Shown one piece after another: positions 26,678 through 35,300 of a DNA stretch of 44,875 nucleotides. A program made the position numbers and the translations under genes. The stretch comes from a virus. Taxonomy: Duplodnaviria; Caudoviricetes. The DNA is taken from IMG/VR virus record IMGVR_UViG_3300032280_000411, positions 1-44,875 of that record, one strand, 5' to 3'. Positions within the stretch are counted from its first letter, which is position 1. Each line of letters begins with the position of its first letter. The notes under the pieces were generated by a model that was not told the origin of the DNA, ran no database searches, and saw only the letters and a program-made list of their open reading frames with translations.

Positions 26678-28199
26678 ACCCTACCAGACAGCTTGTGTTG
26701 ATGCTGTGTTAAACGACTTTAATACAGGCCACAGGAAGGTCGCCGTTATCTTACCAACGGGTGCTGGCAAGACAGAGATCATGCTATCCCTTGCTGACCA
26801 AATGATACGTGAGCGTGGTGGTAAGGCGCTGATACTGTCCCACATGGGTCTACTTGTAAACCAGACCAGCGAACGTGCAGCGTTACGTATACCCAATAGA
26901 CAGATAGGCTGGCTTAAGCATGGCTACACGCCAAGACAGACCGACGACATTATCGTTGGCACCATGCAGTCAGCTCGAATTGAAGACAAGATCAGTCACA
27001 TCAAAAATATAAACCTTATCATTGTGGACGAGGCTCACTTCATTACAGCTGATAGCTACAAGGCTATCTTGTCCAGGTATCCCAACGCCTATGTGGTGGG
27101 GTTGACTGCGACACCATACAAAAGCAAACGTCTCATGACCAACAAGTTTGAGAAGGTTAGCTACTGTGCAAGCCTTGAGGAAATGATCGAGCAAGGCTAC
27201 CTGCTACCACCCAAGATGATTGCCGTTGAACAGTTGCACGATGACGTAAAGGTTGACGTGTGTGCTTTGTACCTTGGAAGGGAACTAGGCAAGAGTGCTT
27301 TGTGCTTCATGCCTAGCGTCGAGGAGGCAGAGCTTATGGCTAGCGTACTTAAGATGGAGAAAGTTAATGCTGCTACCATTGTTGGAGACACACCAGAGAC
27401 ATCCCGAAGACGTATTATCGAGGATTATCAAGCCGGAAAAATACAAGTCTTATGTACAGTTGACGTGCTCACGGCGGGCTTCGACGCTCCATGTACTGAA
27501 GTCATCCTCATGCCAGTCAGATGTGGTAGCCCCACTGCCTTCATGCAAAGAGTCGGTCGTGGCCTTAGACGTTACAAAGATAAGACCGAGTGCAGAGTCT
27601 ACTTCTTTGGACGAGTACCCAAGGTTGAAAAGAAGTTCTATGAGGAGATAGCTAAGTTTGCCTTAAAGAAAAAGCCTGACAAGATGGATATCTTTGAAGC
27701 CTTGGAGTGGGCTAAGTACGAGGAAGACGATGAGGCTATAACTTACTGTACCAACATGGCACGTATCCACAAAAACCTTCAGTCTATGGGACACGAATGG
27801 CTGTCTCAAATGGTACGTCAAGACACCCTACCAAAAGATTTGCTTGGAAGAATCGATCACCTACACGACAAGCTATCAGGTGTGCGAGCCAGGAAGACTG
27901 ACACCCCTGCTAGCGAACGCCAGGTGGATTACCTTGAACGCATCATGGGTTCAAAGATCAACAACATAAGCCTCGGTGAAGCTGACTGTCTAATACGTGT
28001 GGTCGGTCAAATGAAACAACCTAACCACCCTGTCTATGGCGAACAGTGGAACATACCCACAGGTAAACACGCTGGTAAGCATATCAAAGACTTGCCGTGG
28101 CCTTACGTTACATTCTGTTTAGCGAAAGCTCCGCAAGGTGCAGTCGCACAGTTATTTCACAAATGGCACTCATTCAAAAAGGAGAAAGGTCTGACATGA
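26637..28199 (+). CDS. SF2 DEAH helicase with small C-terminal domains
   Basis: LRPYQ, LPTGAGKT, VDEAH, LTATP, LTAGFDAP, QRVGRGLR. Confidence 0.93.
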   Translation: MKSTASKSEGFTLRPYQTACVDAVLNDFNTGHRKVAVILPTGAGKTEIMLSLADQMIRERGGKALILSHMGLLVNQTSERAALRIPNRQIGWLKHGYTPRQTDDIIVGTMQSARIEDKISHIKNINLIIVDEAHFITADSYKAILSRYPNAYVVGLTATPYKSKRLMTNKFEKVSYCASLEEMIEQGYLLPPKMIAVEQLHDDVKVDVCALYLGRELGKSALCFMPSVEEAELMASVLKMEKVNAATIVGDTPETSRRRIIEDYQAGKIQVLCTVDVLTAGFDAPCTEVILMPVRCGSPTAFMQRVGRGLRRYKDKTECRVYFFGRVPKVEKKFYEEIAKFALKKKPDKMDIFEALEWAKYEEDDEAITYCTNMARIHKNLQSMGHEWLSQMVRQDTLPKDLLGRIDHLHDKLSGVRARKTDTPASERQVDYLERIMGSKINNISLGEADCLIRVVGQMKQPNHPVYGEQWNIPTGKHAGKHIKDLPWPYVTFCLAKAPQGAVAQLFHKWHSFKKEKGLT

Positions 28200-28507
28200 A
28201 CGTAGTAAAATTAAGTGCGAATGTTGTTCTTAGTCCTAGTTTTACAAGGGCTATCCAAAGACTATCAGAAGCTAGAGGACTATCTCAGGCTGACCACCAA
28301 GCGGCGGTTAGTTTGGTGAGACGCATCCAGCAAGCGATAGCTGAACTTAAAGCTGCGAAGGAAAGTGGAGAGAGTGACAAACTACCTGAGCTACTTGCTA
28401 AAGATATTACTTTTGAAAACTGCTCTCTATCTAGTGGAGTGGTTGCTCAAGCTAGTCTTGCCCCAGCAGACACCATCGCCCTCGGAGTCCTCATCAAAGG
28501 AGTCTAA
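28196..28507 (+). CDS. Hypothetical protein
   Basis: AAAGG RBS; ATGA coupling to the helicase. Confidence 0.7.
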   Translation: MNVVKLSANVVLSPSFTRAIQRLSEARGLSQADHQAAVSLVRRIQQAIAELKAAKESGESDKLPELLAKDITFENCSLSSGVVAQASLAPADTIALGVLIKGV

Positions 28508-28509
28508 CG

Positions 28510-28779
28510 ATGGGCAATGACCTTATCCAAATCGCTGCTGGCGAGCTGGGTCGGTCAGCGCCTATCATAGCTTTCCTTTGGTTTTATCTAAGGGAAATGA
28601 GACACGAGGTTACGGATAAAATTGCTCAGCTGACAGCCGACGTATCCGCTTTAAAGATACAGGTAGCCAGCCAAGGCACTGACCTAAAGCTGTCTCACCA
28701 CAAAGAACTTATAGAAGAACTTAAGGCAGAGATATCTGCTTTGAAAATAAAACTAGCTAAGACGATCATGGAGGATTAA
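28510..28779 (+). CDS. Single-TM plus coiled-coil protein (holin/haemolysin-like candidate)
   Basis: AGGAG RBS; hydrophobic SAPIIAFLWFYL followed by heptad repeats. Confidence 0.5.
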   Translation: MGNDLIQIAAGELGRSAPIIAFLWFYLREMRHEVTDKIAQLTADVSALKIQVASQGTDLKLSHHKELIEELKAEISALKIKLAKTIMED

Positions 28780-28781
28780 CT

Positions 28782-29063
28782 ATGGCTGGCATTAAGAACA
28801 TTCAAGAGGTAGCGGCTTTGGTAGAACTGGTTGCAGTAGAAATCTGCAAGGCTTCTGTCAAAGAAGGATTCCAAGTAAAGGACTTGGTAGCTTTCCTAGA
28901 GGCACCAGACTTTGAAGAAAAACTACAGGCAGCTATCGACGGTATGGATAAGCTACCAGACGAAGGTAGTGACCTTGGACTTATGGAGACATTGACGCTC
29001 GCTAAAGATGTTCAGCGCATTGTGTATAATGTTGTGGCAGCTCTGAAGAAACCTGCTGCTTAA
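28782..29063 (+). CDS. Hypothetical protein
   Basis: GGAGG RBS; followed by a terminator. Confidence 0.75.
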   Translation: MAGIKNIQEVAALVELVAVEICKASVKEGFQVKDLVAFLEAPDFEEKLQAAIDGMDKLPDEGSDLGLMETLTLAKDVQRIVYNVVAALKKPAA

Positions 29064-29082
29064 CAGACACTTATAACCATCG

Positions 29083-29114
29083 ATAAACCTGGCTTGCGTC
29101 GGGTTTATTTTTTT
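29083..29114 (+). terminator. Rho-independent terminator
   Basis: ATAAACCTGGC-TTGC-GTCGGGTTTAT followed by a T-run. Confidence 0.8.
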
Positions 29115-29135
29115 GCTAATTATCCTAACCTCTAC

Positions 29136-29208
29136 GGGGGGTTAGCTTAGTGGATAAAGCACCACATTTCTAATGTGGAAATCGGGGGTTCGAGTCCCTC
29201 ACCCCTCG
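29136..29208 (+). tRNA. tRNA-Arg (anticodon TCT), no encoded CCA
   Basis: Acceptor GGGGGGT/ACCCCTC, D arm GCTT-AGTGGATA-AAGC, anticodon arm CCACA-TTTCTAA-TGTGG, T arm GGGGG-TTCGAGT-CCCTC. Confidence 0.93.
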
Positions 29209-29211
29209 CTC

Positions 29212-29523
29212 TCAAAACTTAATAGTCCATATTTTCCAAAGCTGTGGATTGTCTTGGATGAACCAACTAAGTGGTGACTCAAGCTGATAGATCGCTTCAT
29301 GGTTAAGCGAAGGTATGCCGTACTCGAAGTCTAAAGCGTGTAGTACCTCATGCCAGAACGTAGACAGTAGCTCGTCAGGCGGTAGGCTTTTCCTTACCCA
29401 TATCTTTTTGGTAGCCGAGCAACATAGGCCATCAAGCTTTTGACCTTTCTGAGCAGGTATCCTGTTGGTCAATATAACTCGGTAAGTCGATGTGTTTACG
29501 TCAACGGTCTTGGGTAGCATCAC
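29212..29523 (-). CDS. Small HEXXH zinc metallopeptidase-like protein
   Basis: LDGLC...IWVRK...STFWHEVLHAL. Confidence 0.8.
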   Translation of the reverse strand: MMLPKTVDVNTSTYRVILTNRIPAQKGQKLDGLCCSATKKIWVRKSLPPDELLSTFWHEVLHALDFEYGIPSLNHEAIYQLESPLSWFIQDNPQLWKIWTIKF

Positions 29524-30254
29524 TCACCCATCGGTATGACGAGAGGTGTCTTGCCATTATCAAGCACGACTCCGCACGATAGGACTGGCTTGTGTCTATT
29601 GTACTTACCGTAGTTGAAGGCGTAGCTATTGTTGTCAATCAGACAGCCAACATTCATACCCCATCTGACCCCATCACCTGTGTTCAAAAAGCTCACACCT
29701 GCGTGGCTATGTATATGACCTATGATCATGTTTCGCCTGTGGTCGATGACAGCATTACGATGCCCGTTCTGGCCTGAGTAACCAATACCGTGGATCATTC
29801 TGACAGGGTACTTGCAGTCAATGTCCCAGCTGTCTGCCCACTTCCATGTGTCAGGTGCCTCAATCATGGTTCGGTAAGGGACAATAAGCTGACTAGGTAT
29901 ATCAGCCTCAGCAGCTTTACGTAGCCACCGTAGGCCGTGGTTACTGGTAGCAAGTTTCATCTTGGGGAAGACTTCATACCAACGCTTAAGCTCATCAAGG
30001 CTGGCTCTTAGTTCGCTGGCCGCTGTGTGACTAGCCTCTATCGATTTTTTCCATAACCCACCAAAGTAAAGGTCTAGCTCGTCCCCCACACAGTAAACAT
30101 TCTCGTTAGGGATAGCGTATTCATTCTTGATATCGAGACAGAAGCGGAGTGCGTCTGGGTGGTGGAAGGGTATCTGAAGGTCGGAGATAAATAAGTACCT
30201 GTCACTTTTTGGACACACAACATGGCTAAGACTTAACACCTTAGAGCCTCCCAT
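29520..30254 (-). CDS. Calcineurin-like metallophosphoesterase
   Basis: ISDLQ, VGDELD, SNH, IHG, GHIHS, NVGCL motifs. Confidence 0.88.
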   Translation of the reverse strand: MGGSKVLSLSHVVCPKSDRYLFISDLQIPFHHPDALRFCLDIKNEYAIPNENVYCVGDELDLYFGGLWKKSIEASHTAASELRASLDELKRWYEVFPKMKLATSNHGLRWLRKAAEADIPSQLIVPYRTMIEAPDTWKWADSWDIDCKYPVRMIHGIGYSGQNGHRNAVIDHRRNMIIGHIHSHAGVSFLNTGDGVRWGMNVGCLIDNNSYAFNYGKYNRHKPVLSCGVVLDNGKTPLVIPMGE

Positions 30255-30656
30255 TTATGGGTTGACCATGACCAATAGATCGCTTCGATAGTTGATGGGT
30301 CTTATGCGCACACAGGCTTGCTTCTTAATGGCAGTCTCGAGGTTGGTAACTTCAGAGTTACCACCACCTGCTTCGACCATCTGAGTGGGGTTGATGCAGT
30401 AGCCAACGTGTGTGATCGAGGCCAGGTTCTTGCCGTAAAAGACAAGTGTGCCACGTCGAGGTTTGGATGTTTGATTGTCACGGAATATGGAGAACAGTTG
30501 AGAGGCTGAATAGTCTTCTTTGTGGGACAGTAGACCTTGGGCTTTTAGTAGCTCGCAGACAAAGCCAGAACAGTCGAAACCTTCTGGTGCGCTGTTGCCT
30601 CCCCAGTGGTAGCGAGTCCCTAGTAAACCAGCAATCATGAGATCGATCGTATCCAT
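30255..30656 (-). CDS. NlpC/P60 (C40) peptidoglycan endopeptidase, endolysin candidate
   Basis: GTRYHWGG..GFDCSGFV...LVFY...THVG...MVEA; no signal peptide. Confidence 0.9.
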   Translation of the reverse strand: MDTIDLMIAGLLGTRYHWGGNSAPEGFDCSGFVCELLKAQGLLSHKEDYSASQLFSIFRDNQTSKPRRGTLVFYGKNLASITHVGYCINPTQMVEAGGGNSEVTNLETAIKKQACVRIRPINYRSDLLVMVNP

Positions 30657-30663
30657 GACTATC

Positions 30664-30692
30664 AGTTTAGTCGTTACTAGTCGTTACTACAA
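30664..30692 (-). promoter_or_regulatory. Leaderless promoter candidate for the NlpC/P60 operon, with the attP arm repeats as its spacer
   Basis: Minus strand TTGTAG-N17-TAAACT-N7-ATG; no Shine-Dalgarno. Confidence 0.5.
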
Positions 30693-30885
30693 AATAATCT
30701 AATGTGAATTTTTGCTATGATTATAACTGTTTACATAAAATGAACGCAGGATTTCTAATCCTTTTTCAATAGAATTCAATTGTATACAATAGCAGTAGAT
30801 TCAGCCACTTACAAAAACCATTTCATGAAATTGTTTTATTCCCCTTGACCAAATAGTTTACTACCTGTTACTACCTAGTAACGGA
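30668..30885 (+). other. Putative attP: left arm repeats (30668-30690), IHF-like sites (30721-30733, 30799-30811), core AGGA-TTTCTAA-TCCT (30748-30762), right arm repeats (30856-30883)
   Basis: AT-rich intergenic region just 5' of the integrase; 10-bp GTT(T)ACTA repeats flank a tRNA-Arg(TCT)-like anticodon stem-loop. Confidence 0.8.
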
Positions 30886-30943
30886 AAAGGACGCCGTTCA
30901 CAGATAAGTAACGAGCAGCACGTGCTCTAAAAAGGGGTGGTAG

Positions 30944-32128
30944 ATGGATCTTGAGAAGCTTGCAAAACAGTATAGTGGAGTCAAAGTTGAGAAGACTAAA
31001 GTGTACTGGCACGACCTGTACAAGGGGTTTGGCTTACGGCTTAACCCAAGCGGGCAGCATAAGTGGGTCAGCTATACTACTGTGCAAAAGAAAAAAGCCT
31101 ACAAGACCATCCACCATGCGAGCGTCCCTTTAAAGGTAGCCCTTAAAGCTTTCCTCGATGGCAAGCATGACAAGTACCTATTAGATGTGATCGAGACTAA
31201 TAACGCTGCTAGGGTGTCGCCCACCATAAAAGAGTTCTCCACCACATTTATCGAACGACACCTTCAAAAGCATTGGAAGAGACCAAAAGACCCTGCCTAT
31301 AGAGTTGCTGCGATTGTGAAGTTATTAGGCAACGTGCGCATAGGCGAGCTTACGGTGCAAGACGTTGAGTTTATAAAAGATTCATCAGCCACACCTTCAG
31401 TAGCTAATAATCGACTTCGCATTATTTCGGTGATGTGGAAGAAGGCTGTAGCTTGGGGGTATATCAAAGGGCCAAACGGAACAATACCAAGTAACCCCTG
31501 CACATTTGTTAAGCAGCACACAATCGAACCAAGGTCTCGGTATCTTAACAGCGAAGAGTTTGACCGTTTATGGGCGTCCCTTGAAATGGATATCAATGTG
31601 CCGGTACGCTGCGCCATCCAGCTGCTCTGCCTAACGGGTTGTCGTAAGAATGAAATCCTTGGTCTTAAGTGGGATGATATCGACTTCAAATCAGGCTATA
31701 TGAAAATCAGCGAAGAGCGTTCTAAAAACAAACGAAGCCACCACATCAAGATCACACCCATGATCTACATGGTTCTTAGGAACATTCCACAGGACGGTGA
31801 GCATCTGTTCCCCAGTCCAGAGAACCGTAATGGTTACATCCAGAATATCCGCAAGCCATTTGAACGGATAAAAGAAAGAGCAAACGTCGGGCTAGACATA
31901 ACCATTCATGACTTACGAAGGTCTGTGTCTTGCTACCTTAAGATGAAAGGCCACGACGATAAGACTATTGCAGCAACCCTTAACCATAAAAGCGTCTCGA
32001 CAACCAGAAGTCACTACATTCAAATCGAGCGAATGAAAATGGCTGAAGTCATCGGTGATATGTCTGACAAGTTTGCCAACGTAAAAGACCCACTCTTTCA
32101 ATCGTTGTCTTCGTCGTCACCGTCTTGA
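30944..32128 (+). CDS. int: Tyrosine integrase, P4-like, with N-terminal arm-DNA-binding domain
   Basis: GFGLRLNPSGQHKW arm-binding domain; catalytic R (TGCRKNE), K (SKNK), HDLRR, LNH, Y (SHY). Confidence 0.95.
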   Translation: MDLEKLAKQYSGVKVEKTKVYWHDLYKGFGLRLNPSGQHKWVSYTTVQKKKAYKTIHHASVPLKVALKAFLDGKHDKYLLDVIETNNAARVSPTIKEFSTTFIERHLQKHWKRPKDPAYRVAAIVKLLGNVRIGELTVQDVEFIKDSSATPSVANNRLRIISVMWKKAVAWGYIKGPNGTIPSNPCTFVKQHTIEPRSRYLNSEEFDRLWASLEMDINVPVRCAIQLLCLTGCRKNEILGLKWDDIDFKSGYMKISEERSKNKRSHHIKITPMIYMVLRNIPQDGEHLFPSPENRNGYIQNIRKPFERIKERANVGLDITIHDLRRSVSCYLKMKGHDDKTIAATLNHKSVSTTRSHYIQIERMKMAEVIGDMSDKFANVKDPLFQSLSSSSPS

Positions 32129-32397
32129 TCATCCATGTCCATTGAGGGTCTGTTGTACTTCTCATTGTAAAGGTCTTTCAGCGCCTCGATGGACCTAACC
32201 TTTTTGTCGAGCATTGGCCTGATCTTGCCCATCATCTTTTCGTCTTGCTTGATTTCCTCAGCGCGAGCCAGTGTACGTACAGCGTCCTCAAGCTCCCAGT
32301 CATCAGCAATCTTAGGCTGGATGCGGATGGATGAACTATCGTCAGTCTTCTGATTTTTCTCTGTCTTTCTGGTCTTTTCTTGATTTTTTGACTTCAT
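32098..32397 (-). CDS. Highly charged hypothetical protein (last late-operon gene before int)
   Basis: Overlaps the upstream gene and the 3' end of int; DWELEDAVRTLARAEEIK. Confidence 0.65.
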   Translation of the reverse strand: MKSKNQEKTRKTEKNQKTDDSSSIRIQPKIADDWELEDAVRTLARAEEIKQDEKMMGKIRPMLDKKVRSIEALKDLYNEKYNRPSMDMDDQDGDDEDND

Positions 32398-35300
32398 CTT
32401 TACCCTTACCTTCCACCTTCTTTTGTTTCTTCATCATCTGTTCTTCATCTTTTTTGATCAAATCAAACGGACTAAGAAGCTTTACACCCCAGTCGATTGG
32501 CTTCGTTTTTCCATCGTCATCAACCGTTGACTGGTAAATCATCTGAGTAAGCATATCCGTAATGGGTGCGTTTAAAACGTTGACAGCACTGCCAAACCCA
32601 CCGAGCGAAGGAACTATCGGTAACATGTCTCTTATCTTGTGGTTGTACATTGTTGCCTGACTGTCTGTTTCTGGAGAGCCAGTCTTAGGGTTTGCCTTAA
32701 CCCCAGTTGTGCCTAACATCAAGTTCAATCCATCTTTGGCAAGACGAGAAACCTTTACATCAGGCGCATCAAACAATGTGTATCGTGGGGTGGTAGTAAA
32801 GTCTGAGCCACCCATCTTATTTAGTAGCAGACCAGCATATCCTTTTTGACCAAGCCAATTCTTTCCACCAAATGGATTATCATCAGGGTTCATAGGCTGA
32901 CCCGAGAAGGTGTCTCTTTTAGTCACAAACATATCTACTAAACCCTTTGCAAATGGACTGAAAGACTGCTTCAAACCTTCCCCTGGATTTGTCATCCAGT
33001 TAAGCGCATCAAACATACTTAGCTTTGGAGCAGACGCATATACTATAGGTTCTTCATCTCCCTTAAGCTTGCGGGGCAGGCCCTTTTGCATGTAGTTATT
33101 TTGACTTGATATAGCTTGGCCGTAATCCTCGTCTCTAGTAGAAGACGATCCTGTTGACTCAACGCCTCTGACAACTTGATTAATTCTTCCAGCTGTCTCT
33201 GGGTCTATCATCTTTCCAGACCAATAATCCAAGTTCTTTGATGCAAAGCTATAGAAAGGAAGATACCTTCTAGCAACCTCCTGCTCTATAGCTCTAAGCT
33301 TGCCATAGTCATAAAAGATTTCCTTAACCGCACTAGCAGCATCTTTTCTAATTGAGTCAGCAATCTCTGGCGTTATATCTCTACCTTGTTTGGCAGCTTT
33401 ACTTTCAAGCATATCAACAATGTTCTTATAAGTAACAGCTCTTGCGTTCCACTCAAACTGTTGGCCTAATGTTTTTGTCGTATTTTGAAATTGTTTGATA
33501 CCAGGAACATTTAAAGCTGCGTCGGTGGTGGATCTGATTGCAGCGGCTATCTTTCCAGGAACACTGCCATCACCAGCAATAACCTTGCTGTCTGGTCTGT
33601 ATCTAAGTTTCGCTTCTGTGGTTGTTAGGTCGGCAAGCTCTTGATAAACACCGCCACCAAGAACGTCATATTTAATCAGCTCCATTGCTTGATCATCAAG
33701 TATCTTTGACGGGTTCCCACTAAAAACCGAGTCAATTTCTTTTGCCATTTTTGTGCTCATACCACCAAGTCTGGCAGACTTAAAAGCAGCACCCCAACCA
33801 CGTTCAATAAACGTCTTCATGACGCCATCCCAGTAGTTGATCTTAGCCCAGCCTGCATTTAGGTATAGAACTTTCTTCTTCCAAGAACTAGTAAGGGCAT
33901 CACTAATTTGATTTATTTTTCCTAGGCCAATATTAGAAGACGCATCTCTGCCTTGTGTTACAATGGCTCTCGCTTCCTTCTCGACTTCAGTCAGAAAGTT
34001 CTTAGAGGCTTGGTCGGCATATATACTAGTCACTCTCTCGTAAGCTTCTCTCGGTGGTACACCCTCATCAATAAGCCTCTGCACAGCGTCAGACTCACCA
34101 GCCTTAACACCACGCTTAAAGCCAGTCTTAGCGTCACCTTTATTGAATATCTTTTTACTAGCCTCAAAAGCCCTCTTGTCATACAGGTCAGCTTGATGAA
34201 AACCAAAGCCGACCATTGGAGCTTTTTGGATCTTACTTACGTCATCTGGGTGGACAAATACACTTGAGCCTTCTGCTACAGGTACGCCACCTTGATCGGC
34301 AAGTTCTTTTTTAGACACACCAGCGGGAGTAGCCCGCCTACCATCAGCCGCAACCGAGGCATTGAACTTTCCATCAGGACTAACAAACTTGAACTTATTC
34401 TGGCCTTCCATTTTCTTCAAGGCATCAGGTGTAAAGCTAACCTCAATCTCGGTAGCAGGGTCTTTCATACCACGAGGCGGGTTCACCCTGTCAGCAAACT
34501 GCATATTGATATTAGGGGTGAAGACTTCATCTAAGCTTTGAGCCTTGTTGTATTGAGCCTTCCAAGCCTCGTCTACTTTCTTCCAAGCCTCAACGGCTTT
34601 CAGTTCTTCGGCTGATAAAGCTTTTGATATCTCTTTGTAATCGCCTTCTAAAAATCTTTTCTGAGCTGTGTTTCTTGCATTGTTCCAAGCATACTGTTTA
34701 AGTCTATTAGAGCTATCTTGTGACTCGTATAAAAAGTCAGCGGTCTTACGTTTAACATCAGTCACATCTGGCTTTATCTGGTTGTACTCGTGAAGCCCCT
34801 CAACAGGTAACTCGTTGGGACTGGTAACACCATACTCCTCAAGAACACTAGCTCTTACTCCTTGAAGGTCAGCGTCCATTTTCTTGAAGGTTTCTTTGTA
34901 GGCTTTCTTAACATTATTTTCACCAAACAATCCCATAGCCTGACCGAAATAAGCTTCGTCTGTAAAAGTGTTCTCTACCTTTTTAGCGTTCATTATCCAT
35001 TCATTTACTTTAACAGCAGACTTATCATCAAGGTTTTGCAAAGCCTTAAGCTTATTTTGCTTGTACTCAAGAGCTATGTAATCAATTTCCTTCTGCCTTG
35101 ATTCAACGGCATCCTTTAGTTTCGGGTACTGTGAAAGATCAATTCTCTTACCATTGTAGAATCCGTCAACATTTTTAAGCATCGACCCTAAAGCATCATC
35201 ACCATACTGTAACATCTTACCAGCGCCAAACTTAGCAAATGGAATCATAGCAGATACAGCAGCACCCTCTAATGGTCCAATGTATGGGGTCTCGGAGCCT

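Noticed and set aside
30745-30762. A second tRNA gene or tRNA pseudogene at attP
   Set aside because: Only the anticodon arm is present, with no D arm, T arm or acceptor stem; interpreted as the att core
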